Assembly (NCBI GenBank): GCA_045633705.1
Contig: JAZQYV010000005.1
Location: 24,561 to 88,560, forward strand
Reading direction: 5' to 3'
Source: Candidatus Onthoplasma sp.
GTDB taxonomy: Bacteria; Bacillota; Clostridia; Christensenellales; UBA1242
Length of the DNA stretch: 64,000 nt
In this document: positions 20,371 to 30,903 of the stretch, piece by piece
Position numbering within the stretch: the stretch's first letter is position 1
How the letters are laid out: each line of letters begins with the position of its first letter
The notes under the pieces: generated by a model
Seen by the model: the letters and a program-made list of their open reading frames with translations, nothing else
Told to the model about the DNA's origin: nothing
Database searches by the model: none
Made by a program: the position numbers and the translations under genes

Positions 20371-22428
20371 ATGAATAGTGCTTTGGAAGAGGAGAGTGCA
20401 TATAAAGGAATTGACAAAAGCAAATGGATTTGGGTGGAAGCAGACCCCAATGAACCGCGTGATATTAGAGCAAAATATATGGAAACACATAGTGGTGTTG
20501 GCTTTGATCCAACTAAAAATATGTCAACACGGGTTTTCAAATTGGTAGATAGGTTAGAGTATGAAGTGACCAACAATCCAGAAAGATTATCTCAATTGAG
20601 ACAAGAAAATCCAAAACAGTGGACTAAAATAGTTATGAAAAATATGGACTTGCTAACTAGTGCGGAGGAGGTTGAGTATTTTTTTGATGAGGCATATAGA
20701 CAAGGTATTCAATGGTTTAAAACTAGCGAATATAAAAAACTAAACTCTTCAATACGAAATGATAAAAATTTAATCAAAACTTTGTTTGAAAAAGGTCTTA
20801 ATTTTGTTGGTTTTGCCGATAAAGAAACTCAAAAACAATTAGTTTTAGAAGATGAAAAATTTTTAAAATATGTTCCAAGAAATTATGTAGAAGAATTTAC
20901 AGAGGCAATTAAATTACAAAATGTACAACAGGATTTTCAAGAAGAAAAGATTGAGGCAAATGAAGAAATAGTTCAAGAAAATGTTAAGTTAAATGAAGAT
21001 TGGAATGACTACAATTTTGTGATGAAAAAAGTTCAAGAGGATGGTTACAATATTTGTAAGGCATCAAAAGAGTTAAAAAAAGACAAAAGTATTGTTATTG
21101 AGGCAGTAAAAAGCTGCCCAGATGTTATTTATTGGGATAAAGACTTGACAGAATATCTTGGAGACAAAGAAGTAATGATTGAGGCTGTTAAGCATGATGG
21201 AAGTGTGTTAAGGTTTGGTTCCGATGGGATTAAAAATGATAAAGATATTGTGGTTGAAGCGGTAAAACAAAGTAAAAGTGCAATAAGGTTTGCTTCCGAA
21301 GAAATTAAAGATAATGCTGAAATTATGACTGACTTAATTCAAGGTGATAATTTGGGAATAGCAATTGAAGAAGTATCAGACAGATTAAAAGATGATAAAA
21401 GATTTATGGAAAAAGCAATAAATGAAAATTATTATGCATTTGAGAATGCTTCTGCTAAATTAAGAGATGATGAAGGAATGGTTAAACTTGCAACAGAAAA
21501 ATATGGTTATCAAAAGTTAGAGTATGCAAGTTCAAGATTAAGAAGTGATTACAATTTTATGCAAGAACAAATATGGAAAGAGCCACACGCTTTTCAATAT
21601 GCCTCGCCAGTATTAAAAAATGATGAAGTTTTGGCGGCTAAAGCGGTAAGTCATGATTGTCGTATGTTTTTACAAGTAAGCGATAGGCTTAAAGAAAGTA
21701 AGAACTTTCAAGCAACAGCATTTAATAGTGCAGCATCACATGATTACATGATGGAAAATTTAGTTAACTGGACTACAAAAGATTTATTGATGCAAGTACT
21801 GGATAATCCTCTTGTAAATTTGGGAAATGTTGTACCATATTTAAGAGATGAAAAGAAAAATGATTTAGACATTATTACCAAAGCAGTTAAGCGCGATGGA
21901 CGAATGCTGGAATTTGCTTCTCAAGACTTGAGAGATGATGAAAAACTTATTGACATTGCCACCAAGCAAGATTATAAAAACATTAGATTTATTGGCGATG
22001 ATACTAAAAAACGTATAGACACAATAAGAACAACAAAAAAGGTTGTGTATAGCAGTGAAGAAAGTAAACAAAAATGGCAAAATTATAAGCAAATGCAGGA
22101 CATGAATAATATTATTGAGAGATATAAAACTGATGAGACTATGAAGTTGAAAGACATAAAAGGTGATTATTTTACCAATCCAACATTTTATAACGATGTT
22201 GTAAATGTAATGCGAGACAAAGTTATGTCACAATTTCATCAAATGACACAAGGCTTGCAAACTGATGAGGTTATAGATGCAAGGTTGCAACAAAAATTGC
22301 AACAAAAATTACAAGATGTGCAAGCAAAACTGGAAAGACGTAAGAATTTTGCAATTATGAAAAGTACAATCAAGCAATATTTCAAAGCAAGTTCAGTTTC
22401 TGGTAAGATTTCATCAATAGAGGTGTAG
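20371..22428 (+). CDS. DUF4116-like repeat protein with coiled-coil C-terminus
   Basis: Repeats of the type D[KE]xxVxEAVKxxGxxLxFASxxLK (e.g. DKEVMIEAVKHDGSVLRFGSDGIKNDKDIVVEAVK); GAGGG RBS before ATG 20371. Confidence 0.8.
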   Translation: MNSALEEESAYKGIDKSKWIWVEADPNEPRDIRAKYMETHSGVGFDPTKNMSTRVFKLVDRLEYEVTNNPERLSQLRQENPKQWTKIVMKNMDLLTSAEEVEYFFDEAYRQGIQWFKTSEYKKLNSSIRNDKNLIKTLFEKGLNFVGFADKETQKQLVLEDEKFLKYVPRNYVEEFTEAIKLQNVQQDFQEEKIEANEEIVQENVKLNEDWNDYNFVMKKVQEDGYNICKASKELKKDKSIVIEAVKSCPDVIYWDKDLTEYLGDKEVMIEAVKHDGSVLRFGSDGIKNDKDIVVEAVKQSKSAIRFASEEIKDNAEIMTDLIQGDNLGIAIEEVSDRLKDDKRFMEKAINENYYAFENASAKLRDDEGMVKLATEKYGYQKLEYASSRLRSDYNFMQEQIWKEPHAFQYASPVLKNDEVLAAKAVSHDCRMFLQVSDRLKESKNFQATAFNSAASHDYMMENLVNWTTKDLLMQVLDNPLVNLGNVVPYLRDEKKNDLDIITKAVKRDGRMLEFASQDLRDDEKLIDIATKQDYKNIRFIGDDTKKRIDTIRTTKKVVYSSEESKQKWQNYKQMQDMNNIIERYKTDETMKLKDIKGDYFTNPTFYNDVVNVMRDKVMSQFHQMTQGLQTDEVIDARLQQKLQQKLQDVQAKLERRKNFAIMKSTIKQYFKASSVSGKISSIEV

Positions 22429-22429
22429 T

Positions 22430-22564
22430 ATGACAAAACAAGAGATGGAACAATTAATTAATAACACGTTTTTTCAGCTTGAAATACATAAACCATTAAC
22501 AAAGCAAGAAATGATAAATAAAATTAATAATACTTTTGATAAACTTTTGATTAAAGCTGAATAA
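22430..22564 (+). CDS. Small protein (44 aa) with internal duplication
   Basis: GAGGTG RBS overlapping the upstream stop; MTKQEMEQLINNTFFQLEIHKPLTKQEMINKINNTFDKLLIKAE; followed by a terminator. Confidence 0.55.
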   Translation: MTKQEMEQLINNTFFQLEIHKPLTKQEMINKINNTFDKLLIKAE

Positions 22565-22742
22565 TGGCTAAAATAATTTATAAAAATTGAGGATTGTTGT
22601 CCTCATTTTTTTGTGTGTGAAATTATTTGACCTTTTAAGGAATATATTATATAATATTTAAAGTATTAAACAGGGCTATGGTAACAAAAGTAGCAATAGT
22701 TGATTTTTAATAGGGGTTGCCATAGCATGTAAAGGAGTTTTT

Positions 22743-23750
22743 ATGAAGATTGTAGTTGATGCTTTTGGTGGGGATTACGCACCACACGAGATTGTTTTAG
22801 GTTGTATTGAGGCGGTTAAACGCAACCCAGATATAAATTTAGTGTTGGCAGGAGATAAGGACCAGCTTGAAAAAGAATTTATGCAGGATATGTACGCTAA
22901 TGACCGTATTGAAATTATTCATGCGCCAGATATTATTACAAACAATGACCACCCAGCTATGGCTATTAAGAATAAGCCAAGTTCTTCAATAGTGGTGGCA
23001 TACGACTATTTGCGCAAAAATGACGATGCAATTGGCCTAATTTCTGCCGGCAGCACAGGTGCAACGCTTACAGGTGCAATTTTAAAACTTGGTCGTATTA
23101 AAAACGTGTCAAGGCCAGCTCTTGCCCCTATTTTGCCAACTATGACGGGAGGCCAAGTGTTATTGTGCGATTGTGGCGCCAACGTGGATTGTAAACCAAT
23201 AAATCTTGTACACTTTGCATTAATGGGCACAGCGTATATGAAAGCGCAAGGGGTAAAAAATCCTAAAGTTGCACTACTAAATGTGGGAACGGAAGATGAG
23301 AAGGGAGATGAATTAACCAAAGAAGCATTTACACTACTTAAAGAAAACAAAACAATAAACTTTGTTGGTAATGTTGAAGCGCGTGATGTGCTTAAGGGCA
23401 ATGTAGACGTGGTTGTTTGCGATGGTTTTGCTGGCAATGTATGCTTAAAGACACTCGAAGGAACCGTTGAATTATTGTTTGGTGCAATCAAGAAGGAAGT
23501 TAAGGCTAGCGTGTTGGCTAAAATTGGCTATGCAGTGTTTATGAAAGGTGCATTTAAAAAGGTTAAGGCACGTCTTGACTATAAAAAATTTGGAGGAGCA
23601 CCACTTTTAGGAACTGCTAAGATTGTTATAAAGTGTCATGGCAACAGCAAGGCAAGTTCAATAGCTAACGCAGTTGAACAGGTTATAACATTGCATAAAA
23701 ACGGAATGATTCAAAATATTAGCGAGGCAGTAGTTGTTGATGAAGAATAA
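22743..23750 (+). CDS. plsX: Phosphate acyltransferase PlsX
   Basis: VDAFGGDYAP, SAGSTGA, DCGANVD, CDGFAGNV and KCHGNS. Confidence 0.96.
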   Translation: MKIVVDAFGGDYAPHEIVLGCIEAVKRNPDINLVLAGDKDQLEKEFMQDMYANDRIEIIHAPDIITNNDHPAMAIKNKPSSSIVVAYDYLRKNDDAIGLISAGSTGATLTGAILKLGRIKNVSRPALAPILPTMTGGQVLLCDCGANVDCKPINLVHFALMGTAYMKAQGVKNPKVALLNVGTEDEKGDELTKEAFTLLKENKTINFVGNVEARDVLKGNVDVVVCDGFAGNVCLKTLEGTVELLFGAIKKEVKASVLAKIGYAVFMKGAFKKVKARLDYKKFGGAPLLGTAKIVIKCHGNSKASSIANAVEQVITLHKNGMIQNISEAVVVDEE

Positions 23751-24405
23751 TTTTTTGGAAACCTTTAATGCTTGTGATGAAAAGCTAAAGGATATCGCTT
23801 TTACGCATATTAGTTATGCTAACGAGCATAAGGCTACTAGCAACGAACGATTGGAATATCTTGGTGATAGCGTATTGGGCTTAATCGTGGGAGACTATTT
23901 GTATAATAACTATCCTGTAAATGAAGGAAAGTTAAGCAAAGTTCGCAGTACTTTTGTATGTACCCAAAATCTAAGCGCAATAGCAAAAGAGTTGGGCATT
24001 AAAGAACGCATTAAAGTTGGCCACAGCCTTAAAAATGTGCCACTGTCTGATGCGATTCTTGAAGATACTATTGAAAGTATGATTGCCGTAATTTATCTTT
24101 GTAAAGGGCTAAAAACTGCATATAAAGTGGTTACAGAACTACTTGATATTAAGGCAAAACTCAAAAAAGGGGTTAAGCCTACTGATTATAAAAGCGAACT
24201 TATTGAGCACGCTAGTAAAAACAAGCTAAAAATTGAGTTTGTGATGTCAACATACACAACAAAGGGTGGCCAAACCAACTTTAAAAGTGGCGTTAGGTTA
24301 AATGGCGAATTTTATAAATATGGCACAGGTTCAACCAAGCGCGAAGCCGAACAAAATGCATCACGATTGACATTGGCCAAGATTGAGAAAGATGATAAAA
24401 AGTAG
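23734..24405 (+). CDS. rnc: Ribonuclease III
   Basis: AFTHISY and NERLEYLGDSVL signature; dsRBD with DYKSEL and GSTKREAEQNA. Confidence 0.93.
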   Translation: MLMKNNFLETFNACDEKLKDIAFTHISYANEHKATSNERLEYLGDSVLGLIVGDYLYNNYPVNEGKLSKVRSTFVCTQNLSAIAKELGIKERIKVGHSLKNVPLSDAILEDTIESMIAVIYLCKGLKTAYKVVTELLDIKAKLKKGVKPTDYKSELIEHASKNKLKIEFVMSTYTTKGGQTNFKSGVRLNGEFYKYGTGSTKREAEQNASRLTLAKIEKDDKK

Positions 24406-24414
24406 GATAAAATT

Positions 24415-24933
24415 TTGATTATAACAAGCGAAAATTTAGAGCAAAATATTGACAACAAAATCAAATATTTTAGCGACAAAACATATATTTTAAGTATTAT
24501 TAACACCGAGGGAAGCCTTGGTGTTGTTTGCTATTTGATTAATGATGTTTGGCAACCTTTTTGCTACGATTATGGAGTTAAAGGGTTTAAATATAAGGCA
24601 AAAACTTATAATGAATTAATTAATTGCGCACCACTACTTAATAGGGATAACATTGCGGACATTAAGGGCAAGTTTTACAACACCTTTGACACGCCGATAG
24701 AAGTTAATAATGAAATTTTGACCACAACATTTGAAGTCGTAAATAATGGGAAGGATAATGTGTTAGAACGTAAAACCTACTATCTAATAACCGATGTACA
24801 AGAATTAGAACGCACTTTTAATTCCAACATAATGCCTTGCGAAATTATTAATTTTAATAACATTGATGATTTATACAAAGACAAGCCCGTAGATGATAGT
24901 TTAAAACAGGTAATTTACAAAATGTTACAATAA
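24415..24933 (+). CDS. Hypothetical protein
   Basis: 172 aa ORF filling the gap in a co-directional gene string; TTG start. Confidence 0.65.
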   Translation: MIITSENLEQNIDNKIKYFSDKTYILSIINTEGSLGVVCYLINDVWQPFCYDYGVKGFKYKAKTYNELINCAPLLNRDNIADIKGKFYNTFDTPIEVNNEILTTTFEVVNNGKDNVLERKTYYLITDVQELERTFNSNIMPCEIINFNNIDDLYKDKPVDDSLKQVIYKMLQ

Positions 24934-24946
24934 CTAAGGGGGGAAT

Positions 24947-25546
24947 ATGAATATAGGAATTGATTTTGACGGGGTGTTGTTTGATACTGAAAGCATGTTT
25001 AGAGCAATGGCTCAGATATATAACTTGAAGATTTGTGGAAAAATATTAAATCCGGAAAAGCTGCGCTTTCAAGATAGATATGATTGGTCGTGGGAGCAAT
25101 GTACGGATTTTATCAACAAATATATGTTATATATACATAAACAAGCGCCAGTTATGCCGTACGCTAAAAACATTATAAAGGCATTGGAAAGCAAAGGACA
25201 CAATATATATGCAATAACCAGCAGAGGATTAGCGGTTGATGGCGAAATTGAAATTACCAATCAACGATTAAATGATGCGGGCATTAAATTTAAGCAAGTA
25301 ATTTATAATGGTAGTGACAAATTGGAAGCGTGTAAAAAATTAGGAATAGATTTAATGATTGATGATTTGCTTACCACAATAGAAAGTCTTTCAGATAATG
25401 GAATTAAATGTTTTTACTATCGGGACAATATTAATGATAAGTTTAAACATAAAAATGTTACCATTGTTCGTGATTGGGGAGATATTGCAGTAGAATTGGT
25501 TAAAATGGGCTTAATAAGCGTTGATGATATGGAGATTTGTCTTTAA
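24947..25546 (+). CDS. HAD-superfamily 5'(3')-nucleotidase-like protein
   Basis: IGIDFDGVL, ITSR, K and MIDD HAD motifs. Confidence 0.85.
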   Translation: MNIGIDFDGVLFDTESMFRAMAQIYNLKICGKILNPEKLRFQDRYDWSWEQCTDFINKYMLYIHKQAPVMPYAKNIIKALESKGHNIYAITSRGLAVDGEIEITNQRLNDAGIKFKQVIYNGSDKLEACKKLGIDLMIDDLLTTIESLSDNGIKCFYYRDNINDKFKHKNVTIVRDWGDIAVELVKMGLISVDDMEICL

Positions 25547-25658
25547 ATTTTAGTCAATATTTTGACAATTTTCAATTCAACACTTTTAGTTTTTTTTGTT
25601 GTGCTAATTTACAAATTTTTAATGTATCATATATTTGTATCATAAAGGAGGTATAATT

Positions 25659-26012
25659 ATGGATACAAACAAAATTTATGCAGAACATATTGCAAACGAA
25701 TATTCTAAAAAGGAAACTAGCAAAGTTAATCAATTACGCAAACTTGACGCAAAAGCAAAGCGTCCAGCAAGTATATTTGCTTACACTTTTGGCATTATCA
25801 GCGCATTGGTATTAGGTACGGGTATGAGTCTTGCTATGGGTGTTGTTGGTAGCGGAAATATTGCTTTTATAGGGGGCGTTTTGATTGGAATTTTAGGCCT
25901 TGTTTGTTGTGGATTTAATTATCCAATGTACAAAAAGTTTTTACAACGTGGCAAAGATAAATATGCATCTGACATTTTGCGTTTGGCAAAAGAAATTAGT
26001 GAAGAAGAATAA
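25659..26012 (+). CDS. Small 2-TM membrane protein
   Basis: AAGGAGG RBS; LRKLDAKAKRPA..FAYTFG..LVLGTGMSL..NYPMYK pattern seen in a conserved Firmicute family. Confidence 0.75.
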   Translation: MDTNKIYAEHIANEYSKKETSKVNQLRKLDAKAKRPASIFAYTFGIISALVLGTGMSLAMGVVGSGNIAFIGGVLIGILGLVCCGFNYPMYKKFLQRGKDKYASDILRLAKEISEEE

Positions 26013-26028
26013 TTAGGAGGGCGGTATT

Positions 26029-26616
26029 ATGAATAAAGCAGAGAGCAAATATTATAATACTGCTCTTTTAATGAACCAAGCATTAATAGAATTATTAAAC
26101 AAAAAAGAATATGAATTTATTACAATTAAGGAAATTTGTGATAAGGCAGGAGTAAACCGTTCAACATTCTATTTACACTATGAAACAAAAGAAGATTTGC
26201 TTGAGGAGTGCCTTGGAAATACTAATAAACATTTTTTAACATATTTTAATGAAACAACACATCAATTTATTGACAAGCTAAAAACTTGTCCTATGGAGGA
26301 CTTGATTTTAATTACACACGATTATTTATTTCCATATTTAAACTATATTAAGGAAAATAAAATTATTCATCAGGTGGCGGTTAAGAATAAGGTTGTGATG
26401 AACACAATGAAAACGTTCAATATGTTAAATAAACATGTTTTTAAACCTATCTTTAATCGCTTCGGGATTGATGAAAAGTCTTCAAAATACATAATATTGT
26501 ACTATCTTAATGGAGTTAATGCAATTATTAATGAATGGATATTAAATGCTTGTAAAGACGAAATAGAGTTTATTGAAAAAATAATTATAGATTGTATTAG
26601 ACCATATGTAAAATAA
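26029..26616 (+). CDS. TetR/AcrR family regulator
   Basis: ITIKEICDKAGVNRSTFYLHY HTH. Confidence 0.9.
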   Translation: MNKAESKYYNTALLMNQALIELLNKKEYEFITIKEICDKAGVNRSTFYLHYETKEDLLEECLGNTNKHFLTYFNETTHQFIDKLKTCPMEDLILITHDYLFPYLNYIKENKIIHQVAVKNKVVMNTMKTFNMLNKHVFKPIFNRFGIDEKSSKYIILYYLNGVNAIINEWILNACKDEIEFIEKIIIDCIRPYVK

Positions 26617-26772
26617 CTTGTATATTTAAAAAGTATGTTGCTCATTAGTCCACTTGGCTTAAACTAAGGTATGGCTTGACAGGCTAGTTGAAAATTTGTA
26701 AAATTTGTTGATTTTTTTTGGTTTGCTTGCTACAATTTTAGTATTGTTGCGACAAAAACAAAAGGAGATAAA

Positions 26773-27807
26773 ATGGAAAAGAAAAAATTTGGAGAGTTTA
26801 TCAAAGTTAATCGACTAAAAAAGGGTCTTACTCAAAAGGAACTTGCGGATTTACTATTTATTGATGTAACTGCGGTGTCAAAGTGGGAAAGGGGTGTAAG
26901 TTATCCTGATATTACACTAATTTCGGGCATTTGTAAAAGTTTGGACATTAGCGAAAAGGAACTAATTGAAAGTAGCAACGATAGCGAATATCACAAGATG
27001 AAAAGCGAGGCAAAAAAATGGCGTGCGTTCAGTATGTCATGGAGTTTATTCTTTTACATATCATATGCCATTGCACTAATTCCTTGCTTTATTTGCGATT
27101 TGGCAATAAACAAAGGCTTGACTTGGTTCTGGATAGTGTTGTCAGCACTACTGCTGGCATTTACATTTACTAACCTACCAAAGCATATAAAAAAGCATAG
27201 GTTGATATTAATTCCACTATCAATGCTTACTGCTTTATATATTTTGCTGGGCGTGTGTTGTATTTATACTGGTGGAGATTGGTTCTTGACCGCAGTGCTT
27301 GGAGTGCTTATAGGGTATGTGGCAGTATTTTATCCTATTGTGTTTTATAAAACAAAACTTGGGTTAAGTAAAGAAAGATTTAGTAGATTTAAAAAGTGGT
27401 TTTTACTTACTTATGCTTTTGGTATGACGGTGGTTACACTATTGTTGTTGGTTGTAATTAATTGGAATAGACCATTTAATTTATTCAATGGTGTTATGAT
27501 TACATTGTATAGTTACACGATATTAGCAGTGTTTGGATTGATAGGATTGATAAAAACTAATGCACTTATCAAAATTGGACTTGGATTTATAAGCATATTA
27601 CCATATTTATTTGGACTAGAAATGGTTCTTGATAAGTTGTTGGGTGGAAATGATGGCGGAAGTTATTATGATGTTGATTTTAGTAATTGGTCAACGCATA
27701 TAAATGCAAATGTAACATTTATTGTAAAATTGTCTTTGTTGGGACTTGGAATACTATTTATAATAATTGGATTACTAATTCATTTAAAACGTAGAAAACA
27801 AAAATAA
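26773..27807 (+). CDS. XRE HTH fused to a multi-TM domain
   Basis: LTQKELAD..AVSKWERG..PDI followed by about 8 hydrophobic segments. Confidence 0.85.
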   Translation: MEKKKFGEFIKVNRLKKGLTQKELADLLFIDVTAVSKWERGVSYPDITLISGICKSLDISEKELIESSNDSEYHKMKSEAKKWRAFSMSWSLFFYISYAIALIPCFICDLAINKGLTWFWIVLSALLLAFTFTNLPKHIKKHRLILIPLSMLTALYILLGVCCIYTGGDWFLTAVLGVLIGYVAVFYPIVFYKTKLGLSKERFSRFKKWFLLTYAFGMTVVTLLLLVVINWNRPFNLFNGVMITLYSYTILAVFGLIGLIKTNALIKIGLGFISILPYLFGLEMVLDKLLGGNDGGSYYDVDFSNWSTHINANVTFIVKLSLLGLGILFIIIGLLIHLKRRKQK

Positions 27808-28040
27808 TAAAACAAAAAACTTGAATTTAAGGTTCAAGTTTTTTAATATTTTTAAGTTATTTGAAAATATATTGAAAATTAAGTGAAAATTATTCAAAAA
27901 TTACAAAAAAATTCTTAAATATAGGGTTATTTTGCTTTACAGAAATCTTATTTTGTGCTAATATTCAGTTATGAAATAGGGAATTGGGGTATAATTAGTA
28001 TAACTAATGTATTCAATTCTAGCATAAGGGGGAATTTATT

Positions 28041-28238
28041 ATGTTATTTGAGCCACCTATTGATGAAATTGCAAACAAGATAGGTAATGTGTACACTGCA
28101 ACAATTATTATTGGAGCAAGGGCTAAGGAGTTAGAGAGTAAAATCCCTACATTATTGAACGGTAGTTCAAACCTTGCAATTGAATATGCCTGCAAGGAAG
28201 TTCATTCTGGCAAGGTAATTGCACAAAAAGTTAAATAA
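28041..28238 (+). CDS. rpoZ: RNA polymerase omega subunit
   Basis: MLFEPPIDE..Y..ARAKEL..A..EV..GK; upstream of priA. Confidence 0.8.
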   Translation: MLFEPPIDEIANKIGNVYTATIIIGARAKELESKIPTLLNGSSNLAIEYACKEVHSGKVIAQKVK

Positions 28239-30415
28239 TGATTGCAGAAGTTGTAGTTGATATATCTAATGACTCGGTTGATCGAGTCTATGATTATTTT
28301 GCGCTACCAACAACGCAAGTTGGTATGCGTGTGCGTGTACCATTTGCAAATAGGTTAGTACTTGGCTATGTACTAAAACTAAAATACGATACAGATTTTG
28401 ATAAATCTAAGTTAAAAAGTATTAAGGAAAATCTTGACGATTTGCCTTTGATTAAGCCTGAGCTAGTTGAATTAACCGACTTTATGTCTAGTCGGTTCTT
28501 TTTGCGTAAGGCCGATATATTTAAATTAATTTTACCTGCAAGTATTCGTAACGACACAGTTAAGGAAAAGACCTTTGAATTAATCAAATTTACAGGCGAT
28601 TTGTCTGAGATTTTGCCAAGTATGAACAGGAATGCAAAGTCGCAAATAGCTGTATTAAATTATCTAAACGAAAAGGGTGAAGAGGTACGCAGTAAATTAA
28701 GCGAAAAGTTTGGTGCAAGTGCGGTTAAAGGGTTGATTGACAAAGGCTTAGTGCAAATTGAAATGGTGCATCAAAACCGTACCCCAAGCGCTGAAAATTT
28801 GGAAGATAAGCGCGTGAAGTTAAATAAAGGCCAACAATATGCGGTAGACACTATACTTGCTAGTGCCGACACATATTTATTAAAAGGCGTTACTGGCAGT
28901 GGTAAAACCGAAGTGTATATGAACGTGATTGAAGCACAGCTAAAGCAGGGCAAAACTGCTATTATGCTCGTGCCAGAAATTTCGCTTACACCACAAATGT
29001 TAAACCGTTTTACATCACGTTTCCCAAACAATGTGGCGGTACTTCATAGTGGACTTAGTGATGGCGAAAAGTTTGATGAATGGCAACGTATATTTAAGGG
29101 GGAAGCGAAGGTTGTGCTGGGCGCAAGGTCGGCGATTTTTGCACCAGTTGAAAAGCTTGGCGTAATTATCATTGACGAGGAACACGATAATTCGTATGTG
29201 AGTGAAAGTAACCCTAGGTATATCACCGAAGATGTGGCAATTTGGCGTGGTAAATTTAATAATGCACCAGTAATTTTGGGTAGCGCAACACCTAAGATTG
29301 AAAGTTATCAAAAGGCACTTGATGGAACGTTTAAATTAATTGAGCTTAACGAGCGCGTAAACAATCTTGAAATGCCATGTATTCAAGTGGTAGACATGCT
29401 AACCGAAGTGCTTGATGGTAACACTTCGCCATATAGTAGGTTGTTGATTGCAAAACTTAAAGAGTGTGTAGATAACGGCAAGCAAGCAATATTATTTATC
29501 AATCGTCGTGGCTATGCATCGTTTATGATGTGCCGTGAGTGTGGCTATATTGCTAAGTGTGATGACTGTGCGGTGTCGCTAGTTTATCATAGCAACGAAG
29601 AAGAATTAAAATGTCATTTTTGCGGAAAACGTTATAGGGCATTACGTAATTGTCCTAATTGTAAATCAACATCAATTAAGTATGGGGCATTGGGTACGCA
29701 AAGGGTGGTTAATGAGCTGAAAGAAATCTTCCCAGATATTCCTATTTTCCGTATGGATAATGATACTACAAGGCAAAAAGATGGGCACAAAAAGATACTT
29801 ATGCAATTCAGCCAAACTAGTCCTAGTATTTTAGTAGGTACTCAAATGATTGCGAAAGGTCATGACTATCCAAATGTGGCATTTGTAGGGATACTAGACG
29901 CAGATGTAAGCCTATACACTAGTGATTATAGGTCAACCGAGCGCACTTTCCAACTGGTTACTCAGGTGGCGGGGCGTACTGGGCGTAAGAATAACGATGG
30001 TTTTGTAGTTTTACAAACCTACGCACCAAAGCATTATGTGTATCGTTTTGCTAGTCAGTACGATTATGTGGGTTTTTACAATAAGGAGATTAATTTAAGG
30101 GAAACTACAATGTTTCCGCCATTTAGTCATATACTTCGTATACTAGTTAGTAGCGAAGATGAACAAAGATGTATTCAAACTACTAAAAAAATTTACGATA
30201 GGGCATTGAAATTGAAGGAAAAATATGGTACAATGTTTATGTTTTTACAAGCAATGCCCGCACCAGTTAAGCGTATACAGCGTAAGTTTAGGTATCAAAT
30301 ACTTATGCGTGTAGGACTAGATGATAACTTGGTGAGTGATATATACAACATTGCGGATATTATAGAAAAGGACGTGTCAATATTTATTGAACACAATCCA
30401 AATAATTTACGATAG
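28238..30415 (+). CDS. priA: Primosomal protein N'
   Basis: GVTGSGKTEVY, DEEH, four CxxC pairs, GTQMIAKG and QVAGRTGR. Confidence 0.97.
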   Translation: MIAEVVVDISNDSVDRVYDYFALPTTQVGMRVRVPFANRLVLGYVLKLKYDTDFDKSKLKSIKENLDDLPLIKPELVELTDFMSSRFFLRKADIFKLILPASIRNDTVKEKTFELIKFTGDLSEILPSMNRNAKSQIAVLNYLNEKGEEVRSKLSEKFGASAVKGLIDKGLVQIEMVHQNRTPSAENLEDKRVKLNKGQQYAVDTILASADTYLLKGVTGSGKTEVYMNVIEAQLKQGKTAIMLVPEISLTPQMLNRFTSRFPNNVAVLHSGLSDGEKFDEWQRIFKGEAKVVLGARSAIFAPVEKLGVIIIDEEHDNSYVSESNPRYITEDVAIWRGKFNNAPVILGSATPKIESYQKALDGTFKLIELNERVNNLEMPCIQVVDMLTEVLDGNTSPYSRLLIAKLKECVDNGKQAILFINRRGYASFMMCRECGYIAKCDDCAVSLVYHSNEEELKCHFCGKRYRALRNCPNCKSTSIKYGALGTQRVVNELKEIFPDIPIFRMDNDTTRQKDGHKKILMQFSQTSPSILVGTQMIAKGHDYPNVAFVGILDADVSLYTSDYRSTERTFQLVTQVAGRTGRKNNDGFVVLQTYAPKHYVYRFASQYDYVGFYNKEINLRETTMFPPFSHILRILVSSEDEQRCIQTTKKIYDRALKLKEKYGTMFMFLQAMPAPVKRIQRKFRYQILMRVGLDDNLVSDIYNIADIIEKDVSIFIEHNPNNLR

Positions 30416-30424
30416 GAGAAAATT

Positions 30425-30886
30425 ATGGCAATACGTGAAATTGTTCAACATACTGACCCTTTTATTAGAAAGAAGTCACGAGATGTTAAATTTATTGATG
30501 ATAATATTATTGAATTACTTGATGATATGAAGGAAACTGTGCTAACGGCTAATGGCTCAGGGCTTGCTGCTGTGCAAGTGGGAGTATTAAAACGCATTTT
30601 TGTAATCAACATTAATGGTGCATACCTTGAATTTATCAATCCAGAAATAATCAAGCAGTCAGGCGAGCAACATCAAGTGGAAGGTTGTTTAAGTGTTAAA
30701 ATGCCTTATGGCTATGTTAAACGCCCTATGCATGTAACAGTTAAAGCACTTGACCGCAGTGGCAACGAATTTACTTTTAGCGGAACAGATTACACCGCTA
30801 TTGCTCTTTGCCACGAATACGACCATCTTGACGGCATAATCTACACCGACAAGTGCGAAAGATTTTTGAAAAAAGATGAAGAATAA
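30425..30886 (+). CDS. def: Peptide deformylase
   Basis: GSGLAAVQ, EGCLS and HEYDH. Confidence 0.96.
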   Translation: MAIREIVQHTDPFIRKKSRDVKFIDDNIIELLDDMKETVLTANGSGLAAVQVGVLKRIFVININGAYLEFINPEIIKQSGEQHQVEGCLSVKMPYGYVKRPMHVTVKALDRSGNEFTFSGTDYTAIALCHEYDHLDGIIYTDKCERFLKKDEE

Positions 30887-30903
30887 TCAAAGGAGAAAAC
30901 TAG

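Noticed and set aside
2109-27807. Prophage inferred from the multiple XRE genes
   Set aside because: No integrase, replication, structural or lysis genes; the flanks are housekeeping operons.
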